Assembly (NCBI GenBank): GCA_973895155.1
Contig: OZ316891.1
Location: forward strand, 3,733,801 to 3,797,800
DNA from: Marsupella aquatica
Taxonomy: Eukaryota; Plantae; Marchantiophyta
Reading direction: 5' to 3'
Length of the DNA stretch: 64,000 bases
The notes under the pieces are model-generated. The model was not told where the DNA came from. It saw only the letters and a list, made by a program, of their open reading frames with translations, and did not search any database. The translations under genes were made by a program, and so were the position numbers. Below are positions 13,780-25,889 of the stretch, piece by piece; positions within the stretch are counted from its first letter, which is position 1, and each line of letters opens with the position of its first letter.

Positions 13780-14560
13780 TCTGTGGAAACAATTATTCAA
13801 CTGAGGAGCTAAAGCAAGTGTGCTACAACATCCCGTATCTCAAGACCCTTGCATTGGGGCTGGCCAAATGATTTAGAGATTTTGGGAAAGGGTGCAAGAG
13901 CATTACAAGAAAAACAAGCCACAAGGTGCACAAGCTAGGCCCCAACTGAAGGGGCCAAGTGGGCCAACATCAAGCACGATGGGACAAGTTTGGAGTCTTC
14001 CGAGCAAGTAGACAATCTGCCGACTGGAGTCCGCCGAGGAGTCTTCTAACAAGTAGACAATCTGCCAATTTCAGGCACAAACGAGGACGATATGTTGGAG
14101 AAGGCCAAAGAATTGTACAAAGAAAATCATCCAAGAGGTAAATCTTCACTTTCAAACAGTGCTTCTGGATCTGAGAAACTACTTGCAATGGGGCAATCCA
14201 AAAGGGGAAGGAGAAGGCCAAAGAATTGTACAAACAAAATTGTCCAAAAAGTAAATCCTTCACTTTCAAACCTTGCTTCTGGATCTTGAGAAACTGCCCA
14301 CGGTGGGGCAATCTAGTCGATGAAATGGCTTCCAAGAAATGAACCAAGGGTAACAACATTGTGGCAGCTGATAAGGGGAAGGCTCCAGAACTCTTCATCC
14401 AGTCCAATGATCACCACTGACAATGATCTCTCAGCTGAGGGTGGTGATCAAGCACCATCAGATTCTGTAGAGGATGGTGGGCAATCTGAGGGCATGAAGA
14501 GGTCTCAGACAAGGCAGCAAGTGGGGCAAGAAGGATATGAAGTAAGTCACACTCATTTAA
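13780..14560 (+). mobile_element. Degenerate PIF/Harbinger (Pong-type) Myb/SANT plus NAM-associated ORF remnant
   Basis: Broken frames give GNNYSTEEL..SQDP..RFWERVQEHY..KWANIKHD..EDDMLEKAKELYKENHP..FTFKPCFWILRNCPRW, with an internal duplication and many stops. Confidence 0.6.
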
Positions 14561-15409
14561 TCTCCTAATTAATCTTATCTATTGCATTGCTAATTAAACT
14601 CATAATTAATCATATCTATTGCATTGCTAATTGACGCCTAATGGTATGACTATTCTGCCACCAAAGCCCACAAAGATTCATACTATTGCACCTTTGTCCA
14701 CCATTGTTAATGCATTGCCCCCAACCACCCTTGCTCATGCGATGTTGTCGGCCCTAGGTTTGTCTTCTTGCTAGGCCGGGACTTAGAGCCACCCTTGTTA
14801 GAGGCATCTCTTGACCCGTCCCACTACACTAACAGTAGTGTAACCTAATCCTGCAGGCCACCATTGTCCAGTGTTTGCAAGAGTGTTGCTTCCTCCATCT
14901 CATTGGAGATGTCATTCACTTCCACTAGCTTGTGCTATGCCACTCATTTCTCACAATCAGCAGTGATGTTTGACAATTGTAGAACAACCTTCATAAAATA
15001 TATGTTGAGGTTGCAAAAATTTGTATCCAATGAAGCCACTTGGTGCTTGAGTTACGTAATGGTGGCTCTGTCTTTTAGGTCTTGTTGAACATTCTACGGA
15101 ATCTTGCTTTAGTTTGTCCCGCCAATCCAAGACACAAACTAATTGCATTGTTGCCCCCTTTGTTGGCAATGACTGCCTCCTCTAGGGACTCCACGGCCAT
15201 CTAAAGGGCCCCTTTTTTTGTTGCCCTTGGCCATGATCTCACCTTGGCCAATTTTCGTAAGCCTTTCATGATGTTCCAATGTAAAGAAGGCAGGTTGGAA
15301 GCATTTTGTAACCCAACAGTTTATGAGGTCCGCTAAGTTTGCAAAAATACCCAACCAAACTTCCTCACTAACTCTCGGGGGGTTCACTATATGGAGAACC
15401 ATACATCAC

Positions 15410-17225
15410 TTGCAATGTTTTAGGGTTTGATCCCCCTATCTTATTAGTGAAAAACAATATTTCACAACACCATTTCTTTCTTTAAAATTTTCTATTTTTA
15501 CTAAAAAATCACTAAAAAGTTTAAAGAAAGCATATTTTCACTATTGAATAGCCCTATTTTTTCTTTAAAATTGACCATTAATCAATAAAACATGCCCTAA
15601 CTGTCTTTTATCACACACATCTAAATGACCATATCCTTTGTCACACGTGATGTGCCACTGACGTGGGAAGTGATTCCCCGAGCACTAACTCAAATGCAAA
15701 AGTCCCAAGATAACTTGTATTCTTCCATGTTCTGGGCAAGGATATAAGGTTTCTCCGCTGGTTGGACGATCGTGGTCTCTTTGTTAGTCCAAGGCGATGA
15801 GGGCATGGGGTCCGTGGGTGGTGGTGGAATTGGGGGTGGCTGAGACATGGGAAGAAGGGGCTCCACTATTGGGGCAGGTGGTGGGGGTAAATTTACTACC
15901 ATGGGGCTAAACTTGATAGGCGGGGGAGTCAAAGGTAGCGGACTAGGAGCTTTGTCTGCAATAGAGGGGAGACTAGGGCTACTGTTGGGTTGGTGATAAA
16001 GGAGGATTTTCCCAAAGGAAAGGTAGCAGTGTTTTTTCCCTTGGTCTTGCGCCTCCCTCCATACCACACTAATATGATCATCATATGGCTCCCAAGGAAC
16101 GTCCTTCATCCACTATGCATGCTAGTTTTAGCCCAGGCATTTCAATTCCACTAAGAACTATATATCGGCCCGTATATTGGGCAAAGAATTGTTCCCGATT
16201 TTGGTTCTTGTATTGCTGTACCTACAATATGGTCCATGCAGACAGAGATTTTGGACCAAGGCTTAGTCATGTGAAGCATGTACCTTATGAAGTTGACTTG
16301 CTCCATAAAGTATTGGTTGATAAACAACCCCTACTTGTAACCATTGTTTGTCTTGTTTTCCGGGTTGAAATAGCAGGGAACATATTCCTTGCCCTGGACT
16401 CTCATTTTTTACCGATACTAGCCTGTCCCATAGGTAGGGCAAATATCTGAGCTAGCCGATACTCCGTGAGGGACAAGGGTTGTCTTGCCACCTTTGTAGC
16501 TGAGGCCTTAAATAATATCAAAGTTCTCAGTGAACTCTTGAATCTCCTTTCCCCCAAAGGCGCCAGATCGCCCGTCCAGGTGGTCAAATGGTCAGCTAGT
16601 GCTCCTTGAGCTAGTCTGCATGGGCTGCAGACTTGATTGCCTCCCATTGTAAGTGCAAGGAATTGGATTATGCCCAATGGGAGGCCTAATGGGGCTTGGT
16701 CCGCTAGAGCAGCCCTCTTTTTGGAAGATTGTGCGGATGAAACCAAACTAGAGACCGCTAATGGGGTGAGCGACCTAGAGTTGGGCAGGGTGGGCGTACC
16801 CTGCTTTGTCTGGTCTTGACCATGCGCTGTCTTGTTGGTGCAGACTTGTTGGTGCAGAGTCTGGTCCTGACTTGGTACAGGCATAGACTAACCTCTTGTT
16901 TAGATCTTGACCAACAGATTGCATTGTCCGCTAAGCACTCAGGGGTTTCACTTCCACAAAATGGCACATCACGTGCGACGAAGGATAGGGTAGCTTTATT
17001 GGTTTGAAGAGAAGACTTAAGAGTTTTCTAAGAAAAACAATTTAGGGTCTTTTAAATTCAATTTTGAGACTTCAAAGTGCATTAGGGTCATTTTAATCAA
17101 TTTTTTGGAATATTCCAATTTTACAGGGGTCAAAAATTAAATTTCTTTCTTACATTTTAGGGGTTCGAGGCCTAAAAATGTTGCATGTGATGGGGAGGCC
17201 CCCATAGAGTGAGACCCCCGAGGCT
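15410..17225. mobile_element. Degenerate MULE-like element with an internal 25-bp inverted repeat and decayed minus-strand ORF
   Basis: ATCCTTTGTCACACGTGATGTGCCA (15633-15657) is inverted to TGGCACATCACGTGCGACGAAGGAT (16962-16986). AT-rich modules lie outside it. The internal ORF fragment has VPWEPY followed by a Pro-rich tail. Confidence 0.45.
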
Positions 17226-19989
17226 AAGCAATACTTGCGCTTGGCTTGTCGACATCTGCTAATCCAAGGGAGGAGGCCTGGTGGTCAAGGCTAGGTCAGA
17301 CGGGGTAGCCATCTCTTCCCAGTTTGTAAGCTTTCCCTAAGGAGAGTGAGGATCCGAGTTGCCTCTTGTTTGTTGATGTCGTCCTCCCTTAGCTTGATGT
17401 ACCCCAAAAAATGTCACATTTTGTTTGGGTGAACCTTTGTTTGCCCTTCAACTTAAAAATCTTAATAAGATGCTTTGTGATTTAGCTACAATATGCAATT
17501 GTTTGTCGTTAAAGAACAACTCAATGACAAAGTCATCGGTGTTCTCATAGTCAAAACCCTTAGTAATTGCTACGTTATTGCAATTGATCTGCGCAACCTG
17601 GACTGTCAACTTGCATAAATATTCTCTTTTGTAAACAACCTTGTTAGGGCACGAGTACCAATAGGTTTCGGATAGCTTGGCTCCAGAATCCAAGGGCAGT
17701 AATGGACATACTAACCTTAGCAACTCCTATTGCAGCAATGGTCCATCCTTCCCTTGTTGTCATTTCCCCACGTCTGATTGCCCACCACACCCTTGGCACA
17801 ACCCTTTGTGAGCTCCTTTGGCCTTCGATAGATTCCTTCACAATGCTTTGTTTACTATTGATTTCTATTCATAAAGTACAATTGCCTTATTTCTTACAGA
17901 ACGATCACTTGCACGGAGGTCAGATGAAAGTGCGATTCACATGACTCGAGCAAAGCAAATGAGTCCAAAGGTAGACACATCTGGGCTCTTATGTTTTCTC
18001 CCAGAGGAGTAAGCAAGGCTCCCTTTCTCTCATATTGGAAAGGGATGTCGCTGAAAACAATGCCTAAGTAGATGAACCTCAAGGTTTGCTGATATGCTCT
18101 AACATACTTTTGCAACCAAGAAGAACCATGTCCATTGAAATTTTCTTGAGTAGCAATATTTCCACTTTATCATAAACCACACTTGCTAGTACAAGAGCCC
18201 TCGGAGAGCTCACTTGAAATCTTCTCTTCAGCCATTATCCTGTGCAACCATTGCTGCGCCTCCTATTCCCGGGGTCCTCAGTTCTTTTCTTTCAACCCAT
18301 CACACACGAAGATGTTAGGGGTTTTTTAATTCAATCGTTCGGAGACTTTAAAAGTTTTGATGATGAAATATAGGGGTGTTTTAATCCAATTTTGAGACTT
18401 ATAGGGGTTTTTTAATTACAAACATGGGAATATGTCTAGAATAGTCCATATAGGTAGGGGTCAAAGAATACTAAAGATCTACTTTATTTTCTTAAGTTAA
18501 GGTGTTTATTACTTCAAAAATTTGCACATGTATGGGACCTCCCTTGGAGTGAGGCCCCGGAGCTCCTATAAGCCATTGGTTTATCACTTTCCCCTGTGCA
18601 TCCTCCCAATAATTGACACAATCACCAGCTCAAAAGAAAGTCTCCCCAAGATGCATGCCTAGCAAAACTTCAGCCAAAGCTATGGAAAATTAAGTGAGAA
18701 AACTTACACGGAAAACCAATCTCTTCAATGGTATTGGTGCCATTCAAACTCCTGAGATCTATTCCATCCATTCAACCTCAGATTCTTGCTATCTTGGTCA
18801 TCCATGTTAATTTGCATCTAGTGATCTGGTGTGTCCATATGAGGCATCCATACATGGCTTAAAGAAATATCTCTAGGAGATTTAGGGCTCAATCGTTCCC
18901 GTGTGAATCCCAACATGCGTGATGTATGAAAATGCCTTTTATACCAATAGTTGTGGTATAAGTGAGTCAGTGGTCAATTGTGAGCGCGTAGAATAAATAA
19001 TATCATGTGTGGAATATAATGAATCATAGCATGATGAATGATCAAGGGTTGTAAGTCAAGCCTGGGTTAATGGCACTTCACTTGAGGACGCATTGATGCT
19101 AAAATGAGCTGAGCATGGACCCACAAATAGATTTAGCCTAGCATGGGTCAGCCTACATTGGTATGCAGATAGTTTAGCTATTCATGGGTTAGATGGTGAA
19201 ATTAGCTGAGCATGGGTTCAACACCAAATTCAGCTTAGCCTGATTTTCTTGTCTATTGACTTTGGTGTTGCCCTAGATAAGTCTCTAATGTGGGGAATCT
19301 AACACTGGCCTCTTGTTTTCCCTTGGGTTTAATTGACTCAGCCGTCTTCCATGACTCATTTCAAACCTGGCCTTTTTCTTTTTTTGCTTTTCTTGTTCCC
19401 AAACTTGGCTGTTTTCAGTATAGGACACTAAACACATACATCAGTATTTTCATTCCAATAAAAGAGATGGTTTCAAGAGCAAACAAAAAATAGAAATTGA
19501 ACTATGGACCTCCATGTTTTGTTTTGGATAGACTTTTGAGACCCACACGGACCACAGCAAAACTCCTTTTTCAACTCATATAGTATATGTTACACCGATG
19601 ATGAAATGTGGCAAGATAACGCAACAGTCATTGGAAATTTGTTGGTCTCTAAATTTTTAATGAAAGTTGATGATAATAGGTTCATTGTTTCCAAGCCATT
19701 TCTAGAAAACCCCCAAAATCAGATTTCATCAGGTATCAAACAAGATAGTGAATGTCAAAGGTAGTGTTCTTTAAAAACTTCTGGAGACAAAAAGTGTGGA
19801 CACTCAGTGACAAATAATCCAGACTCTCTCAATTCTGCATGGAAACTAGAGATATTGCCATGGTTGGAAAGATCTTTCCAACCTGCTTCTATCAAGTCCA
19901 AGAATAGCCTATATAGTTGGAGATCAAGAAAGATAGAAGGTAAAACTTTGTCATTCAAAAGTTTTTGGAAACACAAAGGGTGTAAATGA

Positions 19990-20256
19990 GTGAAGGTGTA
20001 ATTGAAGGTGTCATGTTGGTAGGGTTGCATGGTCGACAGGCTAGTCCATGGGAGCATCACTTTGGTAAAAATGCCTTTCCAAGAAAGAATAAAACCAACA
20101 ACTTGGAATAATACGCTTGACAAGGGAAAACATAGACCAAACACTGTATTATACGATGGAAAATGAATATGGTGAGAAGATATAGTATAACAGCAAAACA
20201 TCGGCCTGATCAATTGAGTCTCTCTCTAAATCTTTTGAAGGAGTAGAAAATCCCAA

Positions 20257-20297
<41 letters not shown>

Positions 20298-20605
20298 AGC
20301 CTACCTCAGTATCTGGTAATGCTAAGGGTGTCAATGAGTGAAAGTGTAAAAGGTGTCATGGTCCATGGGGATTGCATAGTTCAGGGGCTGGGGAGCATCA
20401 CTTTTGTAAAACTTAAAACCAACAAATCAAAATACGCTTTGGTCACAAGGAAAGATATAGAAAAATACCATATCATATGATGGAAAAAGAATATGGGGAT
20501 GGTAAGATGGCAAAACGTTTGCAAAGGATGGGATTGAGCCCCGGATTGAGCGACCATGTCTCCCTAAAAAGAATGGTGTCTAAACCTTTTCAGGGGGAAG
20601 CAAAT

Positions 20606-20657
<52 letters not shown>

Positions 20658-22090
20658 GAACTTATTTTGCAGTCAGTATCTGATAACACCGAGGGTGTCA
20701 ATGAGTGGAAATGTAAAAGGTGTCATGGGCTGGTCCATGGGAGCATCACTTTTGTAAAAATGCACTTTCAAGTAAACGAAACCAACAAATGGAAAATCCA
20801 CGTGATAAGGAAAAAGCTAACGTATAGTATGCTGGGAAAAGAATATGGGGATCAAGATACATATGATGGCAAAACATTGGCAAAGGATTGTCTTGAGACC
20901 TCAAGCTTGTTACCCGCATGAAAGGAATCTTGTCTCCCCATAAAGAATGGAGTCCATAAACCTTCTCAAGGAGAAACAAAATCCCATGAGAGAGAGAGAG
21001 GAGCATTTTGCAGTTGTCTTTGATATAGTGAAAGTGGAAAAGGTTTCATGGTCCTTGGGGTTGCATGGTTCAGGGGCTGGTGCTATCTTGTTTCCCCATG
21101 AAAGGAATCTTGTCTCCCCATAAAAGAATGGAGCCTATCAAACTTCTCATGGAGAAGCAAAACCCCATGCCAGAGAGAGAAGCATTTTGTTTGCTATCAT
21201 GAAAGTGTAAAAGGTGTCATGGTCTATGGGGGTTGCATGGTTCACAGGCTGGTCCATTGGAGCATCAATTTTGTAAAAATGCCCTTTTGGAGAAATTCAA
21301 ACCAACAAATGGAAGTACCTGAAATGATGTTCCAATGGACCACAATATACCTTAGTCTTTTGAAACCCCAGTGGACCACATTTCCTAAAATTTGAGTTTG
21401 ATTGTAATAACTTGAGGTCATAATTCAAATATTTTTTAGTTTTGAATACATGCTAGAGGAGTAGGTAAGCCACACTTTAATCAAAGTGAAGGTGAATTTT
21501 GGCCATTTTGGTTAAGTTATTCATCATTAAATGCAGAGGGGTAAATGTTACTAGATTAAATTTCATCCAATTAATATGAAATATATCAGTGATTGTGTTT
21601 TTTTTTATATCTCCTCCTTCCTAGCTGAAACAGGGAATGTGGAGGGGTAGATTTTAATAGATTAATTTTCATTCTCTTAAAATGAAATATCAGTGTTTGT
21701 GTGGTTTTTTTTTCTGTATCTCCTCCTTCCCTAGTTGAAAAACAGGTGAAAAAATTAAAACTATATTAAGACTCATAATCACAAATTACAAGCCCCAAAA
21801 CTCCCATGGACCACATCTGTGGCCAACATTGTGGCTTCACTTTCGGAAACATCACGTGACACGGTAAACGATACGTATAGTATGACGGGAGAAGAATACG
21901 GGGAACAAGATACGGTATGATGGCGAAACGTCGGCAAAGCTTGGGCTCGAGCGATCTTGTCTCCCTACAAATGAATGGCGTCTGAAGCTTTTCAAAGCAA
22001 AATCACGAGAGAGAGAGAGAGAGAGAGAAGTATATTGCAGAGAAGCAAAATCAAAGGAGAGAGAGCGAGCGAGAGAAGCATATTTGACAT
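19990..22090. repeat. Degenerate tandem array (units of about 170-370 bp) punctuated by (GA)n microsatellites
   Basis: Recurring AAGGTGTCATGG..GGAGCATCACTTT..AACCAACAAAT..GAATATGGGGA..TCTCCC..(GA)n. (GA)n tracts at about 20261, 20608, 20988, 21171 and 22007. Confidence 0.8.
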
Positions 22091-22488
22091 TGCAGTCAGT
22101 TTCCTCACGGAGATGGATTCGTCGGTGAAGTCTGACGACAGTGAAGAAGAGTCGTAGCACACCGTAATCGTGGTCGCGAGCACGCAGACCAAGATACGGT
22201 ATGAAGGTGAAGTCGGAACGTTGGCGGCAAAGTATGATTTCGATCGAGGTGATGCTGTTGTTCTAGCGAGTCAATTGCGAAGCGTGGGCGAGCTGTGGAG
22301 CACATTTCGTATACCAAATTTTGGAGCAGCGGGACTGAGAATTCCGTCTCGCCGAGACCGAGAGAGAGAGGAGAGAGAGAGGGCGAGTGATTTCCATGGA
22401 AGTAATAGCGTTTTAAAGTGATACCGAGTATACCATCGATTGATCGAGAGAGGAGCTAGTCTGTCTTTGGGTGCGATAGTCTCTGCTT

Positions 22489-25033
22489 ATGTACCGCGTA
22501 CCTGGATACGGCCCCCCGCTCCCAATGACGGGAGAGAAGGACAATTGTTGTATCACCCTGCACCAACCGTGGGCGTCATTGCTGGTCCATGGAATCAAGC
22601 GGATCGAGGGAAGGTCTTGGTCGTGCCCCATGCGAGGTACGTCTCTGTCCGCCTCCTGCAGCCGTGTACCAAAATTGACAGCTCGAGAACGTATTCGTTT
22701 GGGTCTCAGAGCTTGCTTTTGCTATTTCGGAGTTCTATGAGTGATGATCACACGCTCCTCTTCTGTTCTTGTATCTTTCCATTTTCCATCGCTCGCTTTG
22801 GTGATTCGGTCTGCTAGAGGGAAGAATTTGGGGTTCGATTCCGCCAGAACTGAGTGAGTGGAGCATTTGAGCTCGAAAACTTCTTCTCTAGAGGGAGGAA
22901 GAAAATTTGATGCAGTGCCTGTTTTACTTATGCCAGAGATATTGCTTTGCTTTGATGTTTTTCCGTTGGGTGCCGTCGGTGTGGTTTAGTAAAAGCACGT
23001 GCACGGAAATTTTGAGTTTGTAGCTTGTGTTCAGTCAGGCAGCTACTTCAATCCATTTGCCGAGTTCTGTAAGCTTTCATTCCTTTTTGGAACTTGGGGA
23101 CAGGTCTAATGGAGGTTTTCTCGGGCAGCTATCTTCTGTCTCTTTTTGATTGTAGTCAGTCTCTGAGTTGCTGACGAAATTTATTTTCTTGAAGAAGCAC
23201 CGGTACATAAGACAGGTTGTTGGAGTCTGTTTGTTGTTCGAGTTTTCTAGTTCTTTTGGTGCTGGACTTCTTGTTTTGCCATGCTTCTTAGTCACACCAA
23301 TTACCAGACAGTGGTCTAAATTGTACTGAAATGTCTCTGCGTTGCACTACTGAGAAAGGTCCTTTTCTACTCTGCAAATCTCGCAACTCAGTTGGGTCGT
23401 GCTTGTGTTGTTTTGCCTTCACTTCAGGCCGGCTCTGGATCCATGCAGCATCTAAGATTCCAGAACGAGAAATCATCGAGGCCATGGAAGAGTTTTATCG
23501 TGACGCGTATGCGCTTGATGGGGTGACCGATCTTGCCTTCCCGAAGCACTATCCAACGTCTGTACTATTAGGTCTGCTTCTCAATCTCACTCAACACTTA
23601 CGGATCCCACCTACGTACGAAGGTCCTGTGTATGGTTTAGACTATTCGGGGCAACGCCTTGCATGATCTTTTTCATTGGACTTAACACGTGAAGTTGGGT
23701 CGTTGCCGCATAAGCATTCTGGGTGCAGTCTCTGATTGTGAACATCTTTACGACACAGGTTACTTCCACAAACATTGTTAAATTTACTTTGATGGTTCAT
23801 TCGAACAAAAGGAGAGTGATTGGAAGAGTATAGTCGTTCGTTTCTTCGATGGGGTGAAAACCACGTGGAGTGCTACTCAAAACATCAAGTTAATCATCGG
23901 GCTCCGTGACCTTGTTCTGAATCTCTTCTCTAGAGTGGCTACAGAATTTCCGGGACCTGAATGCCCTGTCTGTTCTGTGCAGGGTGTGTCGACGTAGTGG
24001 GTTGCTTGTATAAGGAGGAGGTCGAGAACTGGGACGATATCTCCGCTGGGGTAAGTCTCATGTTAGCTACATGTGTCAGAACAAAGTGGCTATATCTAGC
24101 CTTCATGCATTCTGTGCGCTGTAAATTTATTGCACCAGTGAACCGCAAAAGATGGTTGTACAGTTTTAATCACATAGTGGCGTCGGAGTGTCGCGATTAT
24201 TTCAGTTTTATTTTTGATTCAATCATCTTTGGCATGAATTTGAAGGTTCGTATGGAAGCACAAACAGAATTTTGTTGGCTCTGTGAGAATCCACAAAAGC
24301 TGGTGATACCTTTGGAGATGCGAGGGCGGCAGGGTCTTTACAACCTGCAAAACAAGATGCTGGACGTGGCTCCCAGGGCCCTTCGTCCAGCACGAGGACC
24401 AGCTCCAGTAAAATTTTCTTCTTTGGAGCGTTCGAACCTGTTTTCTCTTGAGCCGGGATGCCTAAAGGGAATTCAGACTATCGCAGGAAAAACTCCTCCC
24501 GTGAAAACTCCTTCGCCAAAGCTAGATGCTTCAATAGCTGGTGCCCGAGCAGCTGCTTTACAGTTCAGAAAGCAGGATGAAAGGGTGAAGCAACAAGGAT
24601 CCACAGATTTTCCTACATTTTCATCACCAGGTTCTACGTCAACTCCATGTGTCCTTACTGTTATTCCTTGCTTTGCATGAGCTGTTGGAGGAACACATTT
24701 TAGTTCCAGTAATTATATAACCAAAGTTTGGCCGAACAACTCAATTCTTTACGTTATTTATTTTTTGCAGGTTCAGCTAACCTTCGGAAATCATCTGTTA
24801 AATATGGACAGAACTTCTTAGACAGGATCGAGGACAGAAGAGAAAGAGGGAAGACTTTGGAAGATGATCCAGGGAATTCTCAGTCAACGCCAATAAATGC
24901 ATCCAGACAAGCACCACACCGTGTACCAGCCTGTAGGATCTTTGACCAAGCTATGGGCGCTCTTAGTCCAAGCGTTCTTCGTCAGGATCGAACTCTCAAA
25001 GCTGGGAGTGTGGACAAAGATGAAACTGCCTGA
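22489..25033 (+). CDS. ASCH-domain (ASC-1 homology) RNA-binding protein; exons 22489-22636, 23428-23571, 23983-24050, 24246-24630, 24771-25033
   Basis: CITLHQPWASLLVHGIKRIEGRSW...G/RLWIHAASKIP...HYPTSVLLG/CVDVVGC.../VRMEAQTEFCWLCENPQKLVIPLEMRGRQGLYNL. All introns are GT-AG and keep frame. The start could instead be the ATG at 22525. Confidence 0.92.
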
Positions 25034-25889
25034 TTTTAGTAGTTACAGTCCTGCGCATTCATGCAGTTGGGTAGAATGCCGCCCCATCACAAAGCAATTA
25101 GATTTAAAACATTCTTTCCTAGGGTTACTTGATGACTTCTACTTTTAGGCAATTGGAGCATTGCATCACATCTGGCGTAAGATAGTAGACGATTATGATT
25201 ATGTCCCAAAGACTAGATGGGTCATGTGGGCAGCATCATTTCCATTCAACGGCTGTATCGTTCCACCTTTTAGTGGAACTTTGTACAAAGGAACGAGACA
25301 CCAATTTGACGAACTTTGTTATTTCTAAGGTTTCGATTAAAGTTTTTGTTTGGATAGCGAGCTCTAAAACTTGGTGTATCACAAATTTTGGGATTTGTGC
25401 AGCCAACTTGTCCAATGAAACAGGAGATATGAAGGTTTCTCACTTGCAAGAGCTTAGCCAGACAGACCAGGCTTCTTCTATAAGCTATGTCACCAAGAAA
25501 AACACATCATACAGTGACGATGAATGCTCAAAGCAAGGGGGAGAACCACCTATTGATGGTTCCGAATCACTCACTACAAAGGAATTAAATATTGAGCATT
25601 ATGGAACAATCGACACCCTACGTGTATCGGGGCTCCATCGTGATCTCTTTCTTATAAATGTTTTTGAAATTTACATTGGTGCAGTACATGGGCAGCTCAA
25701 AGTATGTTCTGCGGGTCAGCTTCTGGTGTTTAATACAAAATCCAGAAAGACTGGGTTTGGATACTATTTTGATCAGTCTTTCATGTCCCAGTCTTCCAGA
25801 AAGACTGATCAAAAGCGAAAGACTGGGTTTGGATACTATTTTACACCTCAAGACTGTCTCACTGAACGAGTGTGACAAGCCGGGGACAT

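Noticed and set aside
25195-25875. 226-aa + strand ORF between the ASCH and NUFIP1 genes
   Set aside because: It lies in the convergent 3' UTR zone, has no domain motif and includes a local duplication; probably spurious.
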